From NCBI GenBank assembly GCA_965153455.1, contig OZ234493.1, positions 30,990,213 through 31,054,212 on the forward strand: a stretch of 64,000 nucleotides of DNA, written 5' to 3'. Source of the DNA: Sphagnum compactum. Taxonomy: Eukaryota. The notes beneath the pieces were generated by a model, which ran no database searches, was not told the origin of the DNA, and worked only from the letters and a program-made list of their open reading frames with translations. Positions 25,844 to 39,718 of this stretch are shown one piece after another. Numbering within the stretch: the stretch's first letter is position 1; every line of letters starts with the position of its first letter. A program made the position numbers and the translations under genes.

Positions 25844-26232
25844 TTATGGTAAGCATGGGAACAAGCATGAAACTTCTTAAAAACAAATGTTCCCATGCTT
25901 CCGATGGTAAAAGTTCCCAAGCATCGGATTCATTATTTGTTCCACAATGCCCTGTTGCAACACTAGAAAAATGGCAACTTCGCTTTATGGGTGCTGTGCA
26001 AATGGAGTTGTAAACTGACCCCCCAAACAAACACCTGGCAAAATATACAGCCACCTACATCAAGGCACAAGCACCAAGTGTAGCTAAGCGTTTTGTAGAG
26101 ACTTACTTGGCAGCCAAGTTTGGCAGGCCTGAAATCTTACAGCAGTGTTCTTTAGGGCTTTTAGTCCACATGTCAGAGAAACTCCATCAGTGGTCAGTAG
26201 GGTATTAACAACTTTTGCACAGTGGGTATATA

Positions 26233-26663
26233 TCTATCTATGAAGGAAGGTAGTTTGTTTTGTTTTGTAGTTAAGAGATCTGCCAAACCGGGATGTTTCA
26301 AATCGTGTTCTTGGTGTCTTTGGAAAGCTCTTGACGAAAATGGGTGCATGGGCTTTGGTGCCATGACATTTGGACTTCCCGTGCAAAAGTTCTTCAACAT
26401 CGAATGATTTCTTCACTGAAAATTAAATATTTAAATCATAGCTGAAAATTTTGGAGGAATTGGAATGTGTCTTTGGTGTTGTTGGAAAGGTCTTGATGAG
26501 TAGGATTTCATGGAATTTATTTGGTTTCAGAAATTGGGAGATATTGATTTTTAAATTATTTCTGCTGCTGAAAATTCAAATAAATTTCAAAAAACCAGGT
26601 TTTGGAAAGAAAAATCAGTTGAGGACGTGGTAACACTTGGGCCAATGGCACAGGCCACACTAC
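26233..26663 (+). mobile_element. Helitron-like family H1 copy 3
   Basis: A|TCTATCTATGAAG ... GGGCCAATGGCACAGGCCACACTAC|T; homologous to copies 1 and 2. Confidence 0.75.
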
Positions 26664-28854
26664 TTTGCATTAAGAAACCACATTGGTAAATCCCTACCCG
26701 TCAAGGGACTCTACCATAACAAAAAAGTTCTTCTCCTGTACAGATGTCTATCTATTACTTTAGAGTTTCCAATCCAAATAAGTCATGTGCTTTAAGTATA
26801 GCCCATTATCATTTACCTCACTTTCTTCTGAGCTCTTCATTCTAAAGGGCATTATTGGATGTTTGATATTTAATGCCCAGCACAGTTTGCACCGTACATT
26901 ATGGAAAGATCTGCCACCCATCAATTTCTGGCCCTCAAATATTAAAATATTAAGATTTTGGAAATGATACCAAAAGTGTGGTAAGGGCCATGATTTGTGG
27001 TTTGGAAGATTTCAACTAGGTATAAACAAACATATTTATGGATGAATTGAAAATAAGTGAAATGGCTTAAATCTTAAGCACTATTTTTATTCTCAAATTT
27101 TTAGTACATATATTCTTGATTATTTGAATTTAAACTATGACACCATAATTTTGCAAAATTTTCACATTTCTTTTTTGTTGAACAAAGCACAAGACTTTTC
27201 AAAGAATTTTTTATTATAAAAAAACACTTATCTTTAGCAAGTGCTCCATCTACAACATAGCTTCTAGTTCAAATGTCAAAATCTGAAAAAAATACTATAA
27301 AATAATGTATTTCCCATTCTATGGCTTATTTTCAATGACAACAACAAAATGGATGTTACAAAAACAATCATGAATAGAGCATATAAATAATATGTTTTGA
27401 CCTTAGGATTAAATATCCATCCTAGGGTCAAAACATATTATTTCTAGCCATAGTTGTTTGTGTGTTCAAATGGGAGTTACAATGTGATGGACAAGGTAAC
27501 CAACAAAAAGTTGTTGGGTTATTGCATATAATTACTCCACAACCTGGGACGGGGTGAAAAGGCGGGGTGAAAAGGGGGGTTGGGGGGGGGGAGAACACAA
27601 TTCAAAAATAAATAAATAATATGTGAGGAAAAATATAGGTTGCTATATATTGGTTGTTGAGTAAAAATATAAGTTAATAAGTTCAAAAATAGGGTTACGT
27701 ATATTTTGAATATAAAATTATAATTAATATAAGGTATGTGCAAAAAAATTAATATTAATTTTTTTAATTAAAAATAACATTTGCATTAAAGATTTAAAGT
27801 ATTAGTTGTTAGTAGGTTCAATAATTTTGAAATAATGTTTTGATTAATTGTATAGGGTGATTATAAGGTCAATTTTTTATTTTTTTATTGTGGGGTGTAC
27901 ATTGTGCAAGATGACAACATTTTGAACTATGAGAAGTGTAAAGACATATTGATTAGATTGTCTTGATGCAATTTTTTTGGAAGAATTTGTGACTAATAAA
28001 AGTTTGTAAATTTTATTTTTTTTCCTTTCAATTACATTCCATGGTTTCATTTTTTCTTTTAGCTACAAACTTTTCTAGCTACAAATTTTCTAAAACAAAT
28101 TTTTCAATTAATATAGGGTATTGAAATTGGATGCTAGAAAAAAATTATAAACAAATATAGGGTGACTAAAATATGTGCACATTAGAAAATTAAATAATAA
28201 TAGGGGTGAGAGAAAATATAAATCCAAAACTTAATACCCCCACCAAAAATAATTGTTTGACGCACGTAGGTCACAAAAATAACATTAAGTGTCCCCCTTG
28301 GGCTCCACAAATGTAATGACATCATGTGCGATAACTAGGTAGCTCAACCTAGTTATCTAACATAACTAGTCATGGATGGTCATGAAATAGTCATTTGTTC
28401 CCCTTTGACTAGATGTATTATAGACACAAGTTATGGGAAAATAGGTCAATGGCATGCCTTCCCTTGAAGGTCAACTCAAGTTATGAATGACAATCAATTG
28501 TGTGGCATGGTGCACATGGATTATCACTTATAACATACATGCAACCAACCAATCGTGTTGCGAAACGTTCCTCAATGTCAACTAGTTTTGTTGTGAGAAT
28601 AGTCAAAGTTTGATCCATCAATAATGGCACATCACAATATGGAAATGAAACTTGTATAATGTAAATTATTGCATAAAGTACCCACATTATGAGAAAATCA
28701 AAGATTTTGTAATTGGGATTGCAAATATATTTTTGAATTGTAATGAACATTTACAACTCATGATATTAATACAATGTGAATACTATTGGACAAGTTGTAG
28801 CAATTGCACTACACACCCCAAAGTTGTATATAGTATTGTGTATTACTAAATATA

Positions 28855-29527
28855 CTAGTCTCGACCCCGTGCCTAATGCATAAGTGTGTGTGCATTTTGA
28901 CAGTACATATTACAAAATTACAATTACAAACTACATTTCCAACACCTCTTTATATACGGAGTGGCAACAAAATCGGCCAGACAGACACAAAAACAAAAGA
29001 AAAGAACAGAGAAAAACACAGTAAACAACAACTCACACCCGGCAGGCCGAGAAGGAAATGAAACTTACCAGAAATGGAGGAGAAATTGAGAGAGCAGAAG
29101 TCAAGGAAGTGAGAGTAGCAGGAAGAAGGTACAGCAGGGGCAGTAGTAGCAGCAGCGACGGAAGAAGAAGAAGAAGAATGGCGAAGCGAAGTTGTGGCAG
29201 TAGTAGCACAGAAACAGAAGAAAGGGAGCAAGAAGAGCGTCATCTTGGTTTTGTGGTATCGAGCTCCTCTGCCATAGCTGCCATTTGGTTTCCTTTCTTC
29301 CCTCCTCTCAAATCCCACCCCCTCTTCCACTCCCTTTCTTTTTGTTTGTTGCTACCCCCAGGCTGCTTATCTCGACACGTATTGCCTAGATAAGACAGCC
29401 CTGCGCTTTCCTTTTTCGGAGCTAATAGGGTGTCAATTCGCATGGATGACCGGACGGATGGACGAAGGGACGACGAGACGGATTCAGGGGAAGCTTCATT
29501 TCTCATCCCGACGTCTTTTACTATATG
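28855..29527 (-). mobile_element. Non-autonomous Helitron, family H2 copy 2 (GC-richer, gene-like interior)
   Basis: Minus strand 5' ATATAGTAAAAGACGT..CGTCCATCCGTCC and 3' ATGCATTAGGCACGGGGTCGAGACTAG|T; termini match 21812..22753 but the interior differs. Confidence 0.75.
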
Positions 29528-32500
29528 TAATGTGCAACTCAAGTGCAACTAGATGCAACTATTTTGCAATTATTAGGTATCCATGTTAATTTCTTGCACA
29601 AATGCCCATGAATGAATGGAATGAAAATATGACTTTTCATTCATTTGTTGACAGATGAAATTTGTTCATATCCTTTGTAACATATGTTTAATTATTTTAT
29701 CACTAGTTATCCATGTTAGATTATCGTACAAATGTTGTGGATGAATGTAATATTACATGGGCTTTCATTCGTCCATCAATGAATGAAACATGTTTATGTC
29801 CAATGCAACTAACTTGTAAGTAATGCATTACCGAATTGTATTATCTTGCAACTATTGGATTTTGCCAATAATATTATGTTACAACTTGAATTCAATTAGT
29901 GTAATATTAAATTCCAACTTATCATGGAATTACGTTGCAACTAATGTCCATTTATGAATAGTATTATTTTGTGTTTACTACGATTGGCAATGACTATTTT
30001 GCATCATAAAACATGCAGTTACATAAGTGCATTACAGAAATAATAACAAACATCTTGCTCTGATAATATAATTGTATTCAATGTCAGAAAATACAACTCA
30101 TATGAACATTTTTTGTTATTCATGGTCCCTTCCAATGGTATGTATGTTATCCATCTTTAATGTTAAGTTAAAACTTGTTAAAACTATTGTAATAAAATAT
30201 CCTACCTAATATTTATTGTTATATAGTGTTAAAAAGTCCACCTTGTCTTATTCAAAAATTGATCTATATTTTAATAATTACCAAATGTGAAATGGTGCTT
30301 GCACATCAATGTAAAAATAGTTTTATTACAATGTGAAAAATAATTTAATGATCATATTCTAAATCTAAGTAGGAGCCTTCCACAACTATAATGCGATTAT
30401 ACATAATGTCATCATTAACTTATCATTGAAATTCACTATAACAACACAACATAGCAATACAATGATTAAATTACAACTTTTACATTTACAAACAACCATT
30501 TAAATTCAAAATAAAGTGTCATAAACAATATTGAAATATATTCATCTTGATTTATTTTCACATATAGGTGTGTAAACTTACTTTCACCTTGTTGTTTTAA
30601 CATATATGTTTATTGAATTTGAATGTTTTGAAATGTGCACATCAAATTTGATAATCAACAATCCATTTTAATTGTATAAAACTTAATGTCAACCTAACAA
30701 AATTATTTTTTATGCTCAAGAATATTTGATATTTGTGTGGGTAGTTGAAAGTTAGTTGTACATTAGTTGCAATGGACATTTGGTTACATGGTAGTTTGGT
30801 TTTAGCATACCCATTTAGAAATATTGAAGTTTATTATGTAAGATCCAGGCATGTACAAGACAATGACATTGGTAATACAATGCAATCATTACTTCAATCT
30901 CATTTATGAACAACCATTCAAATTCAAAATAAGGTGTCATAAAAAAATTGAAATATAGTGGTTTTGAATTTATTCACATGTAGATGTAAACTTACCTTCA
31001 TTGCTTTTGTTGTATTAACACAAAAATCTATCAAACTTGGATGCCTTTGGACTTGGACCATCAAAGTTCATAATCAATATTTCATTGTAATCAAGTATAA
31101 AATCTAACAACCTAACAACATAATATTCTTATGCACCAAAATAATAAATGCACAAAACACCATGGGTGTTGAATTTGAATATTTATATTCATTACACCCA
31201 AAAATTAAAAGTTGTTATAATTTCACACAATCATCAAGAATAAGACTTTGATAGTTTTAATCAATTAAAAAATTGCTCAAACAAAAAAATGAGCAACAAA
31301 AACATAATTATTTTCATTTCATGTTATATAAATGAAAATGATTTTTTTTCTACCTTGATTGTCTTTTTTTTAAATTAAAATCCAAAATGCAAAAGATTGT
31401 TATATAATATGTCTCTTAGTTGGTTCATAAGAAACCAACAAACTTAAAATTTAAAAGAAAAACCATTTTTATTTTTATTTTATATTTTTAAACATAAATG
31501 CATAATAATTGTAGATGGAAGTTATAAGATCTACAAAAACCTATAACCATGTGTCATAAGGCCTCACATATCTTGCAAAAATTTGAAATTTGCCTAAGAA
31601 GTTGAAATGTAATTGTACACTAGTTGCAATGGACATCTAATTGCATGGTAGTTGACAACTAGTTACAAAGGAATTGAAAGTTCCAGATTTGATGGATAGT
31701 GATAATGCATACACTTGGCATGACTATATGCATCAATGTTGTACGTTAAATGCAAGGTAGTTGTTACTTGAATGTTGCATTTTTGCTAGTTGTATGGTAG
31801 TTGCCACTTACAACTCTCATGCAACTTGCCCACAAACTCAAAATGCAATTGGTTGACCACAACTATATATATGGTGTGTATTACATTTGTGTAGGGGTCC
31901 ATCTTGCAACTAACATGCAACTATAATAGGACTCTGTGAATTTTAATTCCCCATATTTACATTGAATAATTGTAATGTAATTGCACAATAATTACCTCAA
32001 ACACTTAGTTGCATGGTAGCGAAGTTTCCACGGACACAATTTTCATATTAATGCAACTAATGATTGCCTATTCTTGGTTTTTTGGAAAAATCATTAAGTT
32101 AAAATGTCAAACTTTTGTAAAATGGAAGACCCTTTCATAATTATAAACATGCATTTGTACATTGGTTTTTTTAATTAATTTCAATCATATAAGACAAGAG
32201 ACAAAAATGGTTGTAGTCAAAACATACATCATTTTTTATACAAATGTGACTAAATTTGTTTTGACTAAGCATCTAGTAATGTTTCTATTTTGACAAAAGT
32301 GTTTAATGTTTGTTTTGATTGAAGTGACTAAGTTTCTAGCTAATATGGTATGCCTAGGGTTGTGACTAATTTGACTAACATGTGTGTGCTAATATAAAAG
32401 TGCCACATGGCTTGTCTGATATGACTAATTTGATTACAACATATAATTTTATTCCATGTGTTTACTAGTCAAAATGAAAGTATAAATCCATATTCACAAA

Positions 32501-35500
32501 GTATAAGAGTAATTGAAAGTAAATGCCCAATGTTTCAACTTCTAGAAACATAGACTTAAGGCCACTTTAGACACGGGTCCAAGGACCAAAAGCCTAGAGA
32601 CCAATTTGAAACAAATGGAACCTTGAATTGGACCCTTCTTCACATTAAAAAACATTTTTTCTTATGGTATAATGAGTGTGTCTAAAGGCTTGGGGTCCAA
32701 TTTGAAGATCCAACATCAAAAATGTGTAATTAACATGTGAGAGGATTAGGTTAACCTTTGGTTTTTACCCTTTTTTCCCCTTTTTTTCATGGTTTTTTTT
32801 TTCCTTTTTTTCTTCTCTTTTACTACACACAATGGATCTTCTTTCCAACTTCTTCACCTTTTAATGTGGAATGGAGGATAATGTGATACCTCTAAACATA
32901 GCAAATGAATGTCTTTTACTAAATATGATGTAACCCCAATAGATAAAAAAATATTTTCGCATGCAACATTTGATTATGATGCATAGTCATTGCACCCCCA
33001 ACTGTAACAAAATTGCCAATCATACAAGACTTTTCTTCATTGAAATGCATGAACATGACGCTCATTTGCTTGAAATTAGACAAAACAATTGCAAAATAAA
33101 TAGTTAATGAAAATCCCAAATTCCTATCATATGGGATATTGACCTCTAATTATAACAACAAACAACAATTTAACATACATCTAAGTTTGCATTTCAAGTT
33201 AAAATTACAATTTTCATTTCATGACAACTCTACATATAGCAAATCCATATATTGGAGCTTACCATTTCTACAAATTAAAAAATTTACCAAGGCTTTAAAG
33301 TTTAATGCATATGTAAAACAAGTACCCAAGGCTAACATGCAATCCAAGGCTAAACCCTTGTTGCAATTGTAGAACAAAAAAGAAACCCAAGGTAGCTACT
33401 TGCAAAATCAAATCATTTGTTGTCTTTCCAACAAAAGCAAATACCAATTTTGCAAAACAAATATAAGACCAAGGCTATCCATGGACTACCTCTAGAGAAA
33501 ATAAAACTTGATGACCATTCACTTTACAAATCCATGGATTGCTTGTGTAAAACAAGAGTGCTCATCAAATGATCACCATCTTCCCCATTGGCTTTTCAAA
33601 TTTCCAACATGTATAAATTAATGACAAACAATTTCTATTGAACAAATATTTGACCATAGTGTTGGTTGAAAAATATCCAAAAGGAAAACAAAGAAACAAA
33701 ACAAGAAGGGATAAAAGTAAAAAACACAAAAAATTTGTGAAAATTATTCAAAGAAACAAACAATAGTGAAAATATGAATGAGACTTTATATTAACAAATG
33801 AACATGATCAATGAATGGCTTACATTTGGTTAGGTGTTTTTAGCTTGTTAGACTATAGCTTCTTCTTTTTCTATTACCCTTTGAATAGCCTTTTAACTTG
33901 CAAAATTTACTATACTCCCAATTTTTTATGCCAAAATTGAAATGCCCACTTTTTTTTGTGTTATTCACATAACACACTTCATCTACAATTTATTAAACAC
34001 ATTGGGCCTACTATACCCATATAAAATTCATATACAATTTGCATTATGAACATATAAGCAAGTGCAAATGCATAGAAGGGAACCAGAAAAGCAAAATCTC
34101 TTATATGGCTTTCCAATTGGGGTTTTGTTTTTTAATTTGTTGTTGCCTTTCCAGATTCTTACCTCGACATACCCTTAAGGTACTTGGACCTTCACACAAT
34201 CCAACCAAACAAAACCACAAACAATCCAATATGTAGTTTTCAACTACTTCACTATTAAATGGGTGGGGCAAGATGTAGGAATATGAAATGATATTGTCAA
34301 TGCATTTATAAAGGTTAATCTTCTATTAATAAGGTGTGTAGACCTAGCTACTTAAACCATGGACTAATCTCCTCCCACACCCTATTGGGTGTTCTTTGAA
34401 ATTGGGTTTTAGTGCCAATCAACACATGGGGAATGTGTATCCAAACACATTTCGGTGCCCCACACAAAACCAAGTTTGAACCCACTACCTCCTTAACAAA
34501 AAATGAACTGTGTGTTTCAAGTTTGGTTGCATTGTTGAAAACCAAATGCTAAGTTCAAACTTTAAATTTTGCAATTCCAAGGATTCTCGAAAGTGCAACT
34601 TATGAATGCTTTCCACATTGCACTAGTGGAACTAATGAAGGTGCAACGAAATAGCATGAGCCCCACCTACCCCCTTGGCTAATTACTTATGGGCTACTTA
34701 TTTTGGAATATTCTTGGAATTTTTTGAATAAAAGTTTTCAAAAAAAAAACTTGAAAAATCTTGAAAATTTTCATCACACTATTGTATAATGCAAATTTTA
34801 TATGAATTTTGAGAAAAATATGTCATTTTCAAAAAAATTCAAGTTCATTTACAATTCTTTTTACTATTTAAAAATATTGGTTATAGTGTTTTCAAAGTGT
34901 TTTTGGGTATTTATCATTCATTAGATTAATTTCAAACTTTTAGAATATATACCAATACATTGAAAATAACATTATGTAAAAGCAATTCCATTTGGAATTT
35001 TTTATTTTGTTTTTTAAAATATTAGATGTACATAAAACCAAACATTTGTTACACTTGTTGTGGTACGTGTTAATGTGATTGCACCCATGGGTTCCATTTC
35101 CTACCAAATTTCCAATTTGTGTTATTTCACTCAAAATTCCATCCATCAAATATGGAAGAAAAGTTCAAGACTTTTTTTTCATAAATATTTTGATTTAGAA
35201 AAACATTTGGGTTTCCAAAACTTCAATTCACACATCTTGCCACACTAACCTTCAAAATTCTAAGGTAACTTGATAAAAGGTGTGTAAAGGTAAGGTAAAA
35301 ATAAAAGTACTTGAAGTTTAACATTTGCAAACATCTAAAACTTGGCTACATGTGGACCAAATGGATCTTTCATAACCTTTTCAAACTCTAGAGGCAAAGG
35401 ATCAATTTTTGTCTTCATTTTTTAAAAATTTAAATTAGTGTGGTTTTTTTGGCTGAACACATGCTATAATATTGAATGGTACACTTTTTTTTTGCTTAAG

Positions 35501-35539
35501 TCTCAAATGAAATTTTATTTAATATTTTGGATTATATTG

Positions 35540-37420
35540 AATATCCAATAAAAAATGGTTGACAGTCAATATTCCTTACACCTTATGTCAAAAATTTACA
35601 AAATCACCCCATTAAGTCTTATTTAATGAGCATGTCCCAACTTTTTAAACTTAAGTCTAAAACTAAAATTTCATTTTCACAAAAAATTGAGTTTTCATGT
35701 GTTACTGAAATTTTAACAATGAAATTATTCAAAATTCAATATTTCTTACAAAGCAATCATGTCCTTGGGTAATACCACTAGGAACGTCACACCTTGATTT
35801 TCTTGGACCCATCAAACTTTGAAAAAAATAGGAAACACTTAAATGAACATTTTTTTATTTTTTTATTTTGGAATACATTTATTAGGTTCAATAGATTTTG
35901 AAATCTCAATAATATCAAAAATATTATGTATTTTGATGTTCTTAATCATTGCATTTAAAAACATTTCAAGAATGTAGCACTTGGTTTTTTTCCTTTTTGG
36001 TCAGGAACACAAATTTGGAACATGATTTATGAATTTTTTTCTTAAGGTAATTTGGAAATCATTTTTTTATTATTTTTAATTTGGAAATTAATTGATTAAA
36101 TATGATTTAATTATGAATTTCCAAAGTTGAGGTTGTCAAATTTTTTAGGGGCCATTTTAATTAAAAATATAAATTTCAAAATTTTTCCAATTTCAAAAAT
36201 TCCCAAATAAATTTCAAGCCATATATTAGATCATGCAATTGATAAACATGAAAAAATAATAATTTATAATTGTGAAAACATTTAATGAAAAGGGCCCAGA
36301 AAAATGATTTGGCTGTTTTTGGTTCCTTAACCATTCCTTAAGGGGGTTCCTAGTGGTACCACCCAAATATCGATTCGCCTTACACTTTAAGTCAGAAAAC
36401 TACAAAATCAAATGTATTAAATCCTACTCATTACTAAACATTTTCTAATAACACTAAGAACACATGCCAAAATTCAATTTTCATTTTCACTAAAAGTCAA
36501 ATTTGTACTTGTTATGGAATTTGCTCTAAGAAAAGATGATTCAAATTTCAATATCTCTTACACCTTAAGCTAAAAAAATTGCAATTGTTTCCATTAAATC
36601 CTATTCATTGGTTGTTTTGCAACAATAACTAGAATTCACCCCAACATTTAATTTTGGCTTGAATTTAAAATCCATTCACATTAAAATGGAGTTTTCACAA
36701 TTTGTTATTGAAATTTCAATGAAATTTTTTCTTAAACTTCAATAATAGGAAGTGCCATGGTTGAAAAATTATAAAATAATTTCCATTAAATCATACAAAT
36801 TCATTGAAAGGGCTTTCCATAGACACCAAAAGCACACCCAAACTTTTTTAACCTAAGTTTGAAAACCATTCACAATAAAATGGAATTTTCACTTATTATT
36901 GAATATTAAGTGATTTTTTTTTTCAAATTTCAATATTTCCTACACCTTAGTCCAAAAATTGTGAAATCACCTCCTTTAAAGTGTACTCATTGAGGGAGCT
37001 CCAAAAACACAATATTGCACCTTAAATTCCTTAACTCAAGTCTAAAATCCAATTTTCATTTTCATAAAAATTTGGGTTTTTTTGTGTTATTATTATTTTT
37101 AAAAACAATTATTGAAAATTCAATATCTTTGCATTTTACGTCAAAAGTTTATGAAATCATATCCATGAAATCGTACTTGTTGAAGGCTTTCCAACAATAC
37201 CAAAAACACACCTAACCTCGCCTAAATTTTTTAGTTCTAATTTATTGAAATTTATATGAAAATCATTTTAATATGCAATAACTTATGCACCTTGTGTAAA
37301 ATGAATTGGGTGCGCCCCAACTCATTGAAAGTTTTCCAATTGTACCAAAAGCACAATAGGAAGTGCCATGGTTTAGAAGAGTTCAACATGACGAAACAAA
37401 CAAACTACATTACTTGATAA
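35540..37420 (-). repeat. Degenerate tandem array (~190-bp units) related to the internal repeats and 5' end of family H1
   Basis: Recurring 'ttcaatat(t/c)tc(c/t)tacacctta', 'ccattaaatcct', 'tttccaacaatacc'; ends in AAACAAACAAACTAC, like the reverse complement of the H1 5' GTAGTTTGTTTTG. Confidence 0.55.
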
Positions 37421-38879
37421 TAGGACCATGATAAACAATAATTAAAAACACAAGAATTTTACTTATTATATTTAGTAATTAAGATTTTGAAATAATTACA
37501 TATAACATGTTTTTCAATTTTAATATCTCCACGTCATAAAAAATAAGCACTATAATCACAATGCGATATATGTGGATGAGATTGATTTTAATCACATTAG
37601 TTAAATTGAACAACTCATAAGTGTAGCATCCACCATGTGTTTAGCCTAATGTTCAATTTGACTAAATAACTAGTTTTTCCTAATCGAAACATACATACCT
37701 AATTTTTTATGTTAGTCAAATTAGATACTATTAATAATTTAAAGTTAATATCATTAACTCTATAATCATCTTAATTATGATGCTACTAGTGTAAAAACAA
37801 TGTTTTTGTTGCACCAATAATCTAGCGATATTTTCAAAAACTAAATCACATTATCCATTCCAAGATAGGGTCCAATTTATTAAACTATTAATTCTTCGAT
37901 TAATGGTTCTTCAATTTATGAAACCCATCAATTCCAAATACATGAAGGTAAATTGTAAATATATATTATATAAATATTATATATACCAATAAAATGCTCT
38001 AAAACCAATTTTATATATTTAAATTAAATAAATAGATAATTCAAAGACCCCACTCACTTTGGGAGGCTCTAACTTTTGCATTTTTGACCTAATTTGGTGT
38101 TTGCAAAGGGCTACTATTGGTTAGACTAGTGCCCTACCAAAAGTCTTGGAACACCAAGGCCATCAAATGTCCTGTCACTGAACCCCGAGCTCTCTAAGTG
38201 TTTGGTGACCAGCCTAGCACATTTGAATTAGACTCATTTCCATGCCCATTATTACTCAGTTGTGGATGAACCTCAACTGAGTTACTATCTGGTTTCACCT
38301 TGGTTAATCGATTTGTGGGAAATAGGTATGGATGAATTCCATCCATTATGATTGAAAATGGATGTCCATGGATGATTATGGTGAAATCAATCTACTTATC
38401 TACTCTCCTTAATTAGTAGGTTAAGTAGATAGTTTCGTACCCAAGTAAGGGCTATTTTTACTACCTACCTAATAACAACCTGCTTGTGGGTTGTTGGTTG
38501 GTAGGTAGGTAAGTAGAAAAAAAAACCAAGCAATTGAGCTAACCACCATGGTTAGCTAAGGAACTGAAACCCAACAGAAAACTGTTTCCTGATCACTTAC
38601 CATTCATCCTTATTTTCAAAAATGTTGAAATTTTTCTCTCTTTTTTTCCCTAATAACGAAAAACAAATTGTGAAAGAAAAAATATTGAATCTTTGAGAAT
38701 ATTTTATTTTTCGAAATGAAAATTTCAAAATCAATTAATTATTCAACAAACAAGTGTCAAAGCTAACCAAGGTAACTAACTACAGTAATATAAAACTTGT
38801 CAGAAGTTAGATCTTTTTTGTAAAAAGAAATTTTATTTTAAAAAATTTATATCAATAATATCACATTCAAGAAAACATT

Positions 38880-39560
38880 AGAATCTTATTAAAAATTCAC
38901 TCTCAATAATATCTTTAAAAGCAAAAATAAATAAAACAAAATTAAAAATAGAAAAAGAATCTCTAAATAATATACACAAAACATTGAAATCTTTTTTTCA
39001 AATTTCACTTTCAATAATATGTTTAAAAGTACACAAAACCTTTTTTTTTTAAAAGTAGAAAAAGAATCTCTAAATAAATATACATAAAACATTAGAATCC
39101 TTTTTTTAAAAATTCACTATCAATAATATCTTTAAAAGTACACAAAACCTAAAACCAAAAGAAGAAAAAGAAAAAGAATCTCTAAATAAATCTGAAAAAA
39201 TTAGAATCTTTATAGAAAAATTCACTATCAATAATATCTTTAAAAGCACACAAAACCTAATTTAACAAAAAATATATATAGAAAGAAATCTCTAAATAAC
39301 TATACACAAAACATTAGAATTTTTATTTTTAAAAATTCACTATAATAATGTCTTCAAAATCACAAGAAACCTAAAATTTTAAAAACTATTGAAAAAATAA
39401 ATCTCTAACGAAGTATAGAACACAAAACACTAGAATCTTTTTTATTTTAAAAAATAATTCACTATCAATATTATATTTAAAAGCACACAAAACCTAAAAA
39501 CAAGAAAATAAAATCAAAATTGGAGAAACTATTTAAGTCTAAATAAATATACATAAAACT
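38880..39560. repeat. AT-rich tandem array, ~6 units of ~110-130 bp, immediately upstream of the membrane-protein gene
   Basis: Repeated AAATTCACT(A/T)TCAATAATATCTTTAAAAG(C/T)ACACAAAACC ... GAATCTCTAAATAA ... AAACATTAGAATC. Confidence 0.8.
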
Positions 39561-39718
39561 TGGAACAAAAGACATGCAGTGATGATGATGATGATGGCGG
39601 TGGTGGCACAGCAGCGATGTCGCTGTAGCACTGTCGTCGTCGTTGTCGTCGTGCGGGGCTCCTTTCAGAAGGATTCGCTAGCGCTGTAGAAGGAGCGAGC
39701 GCTTGCTTCGTGGCGGCG

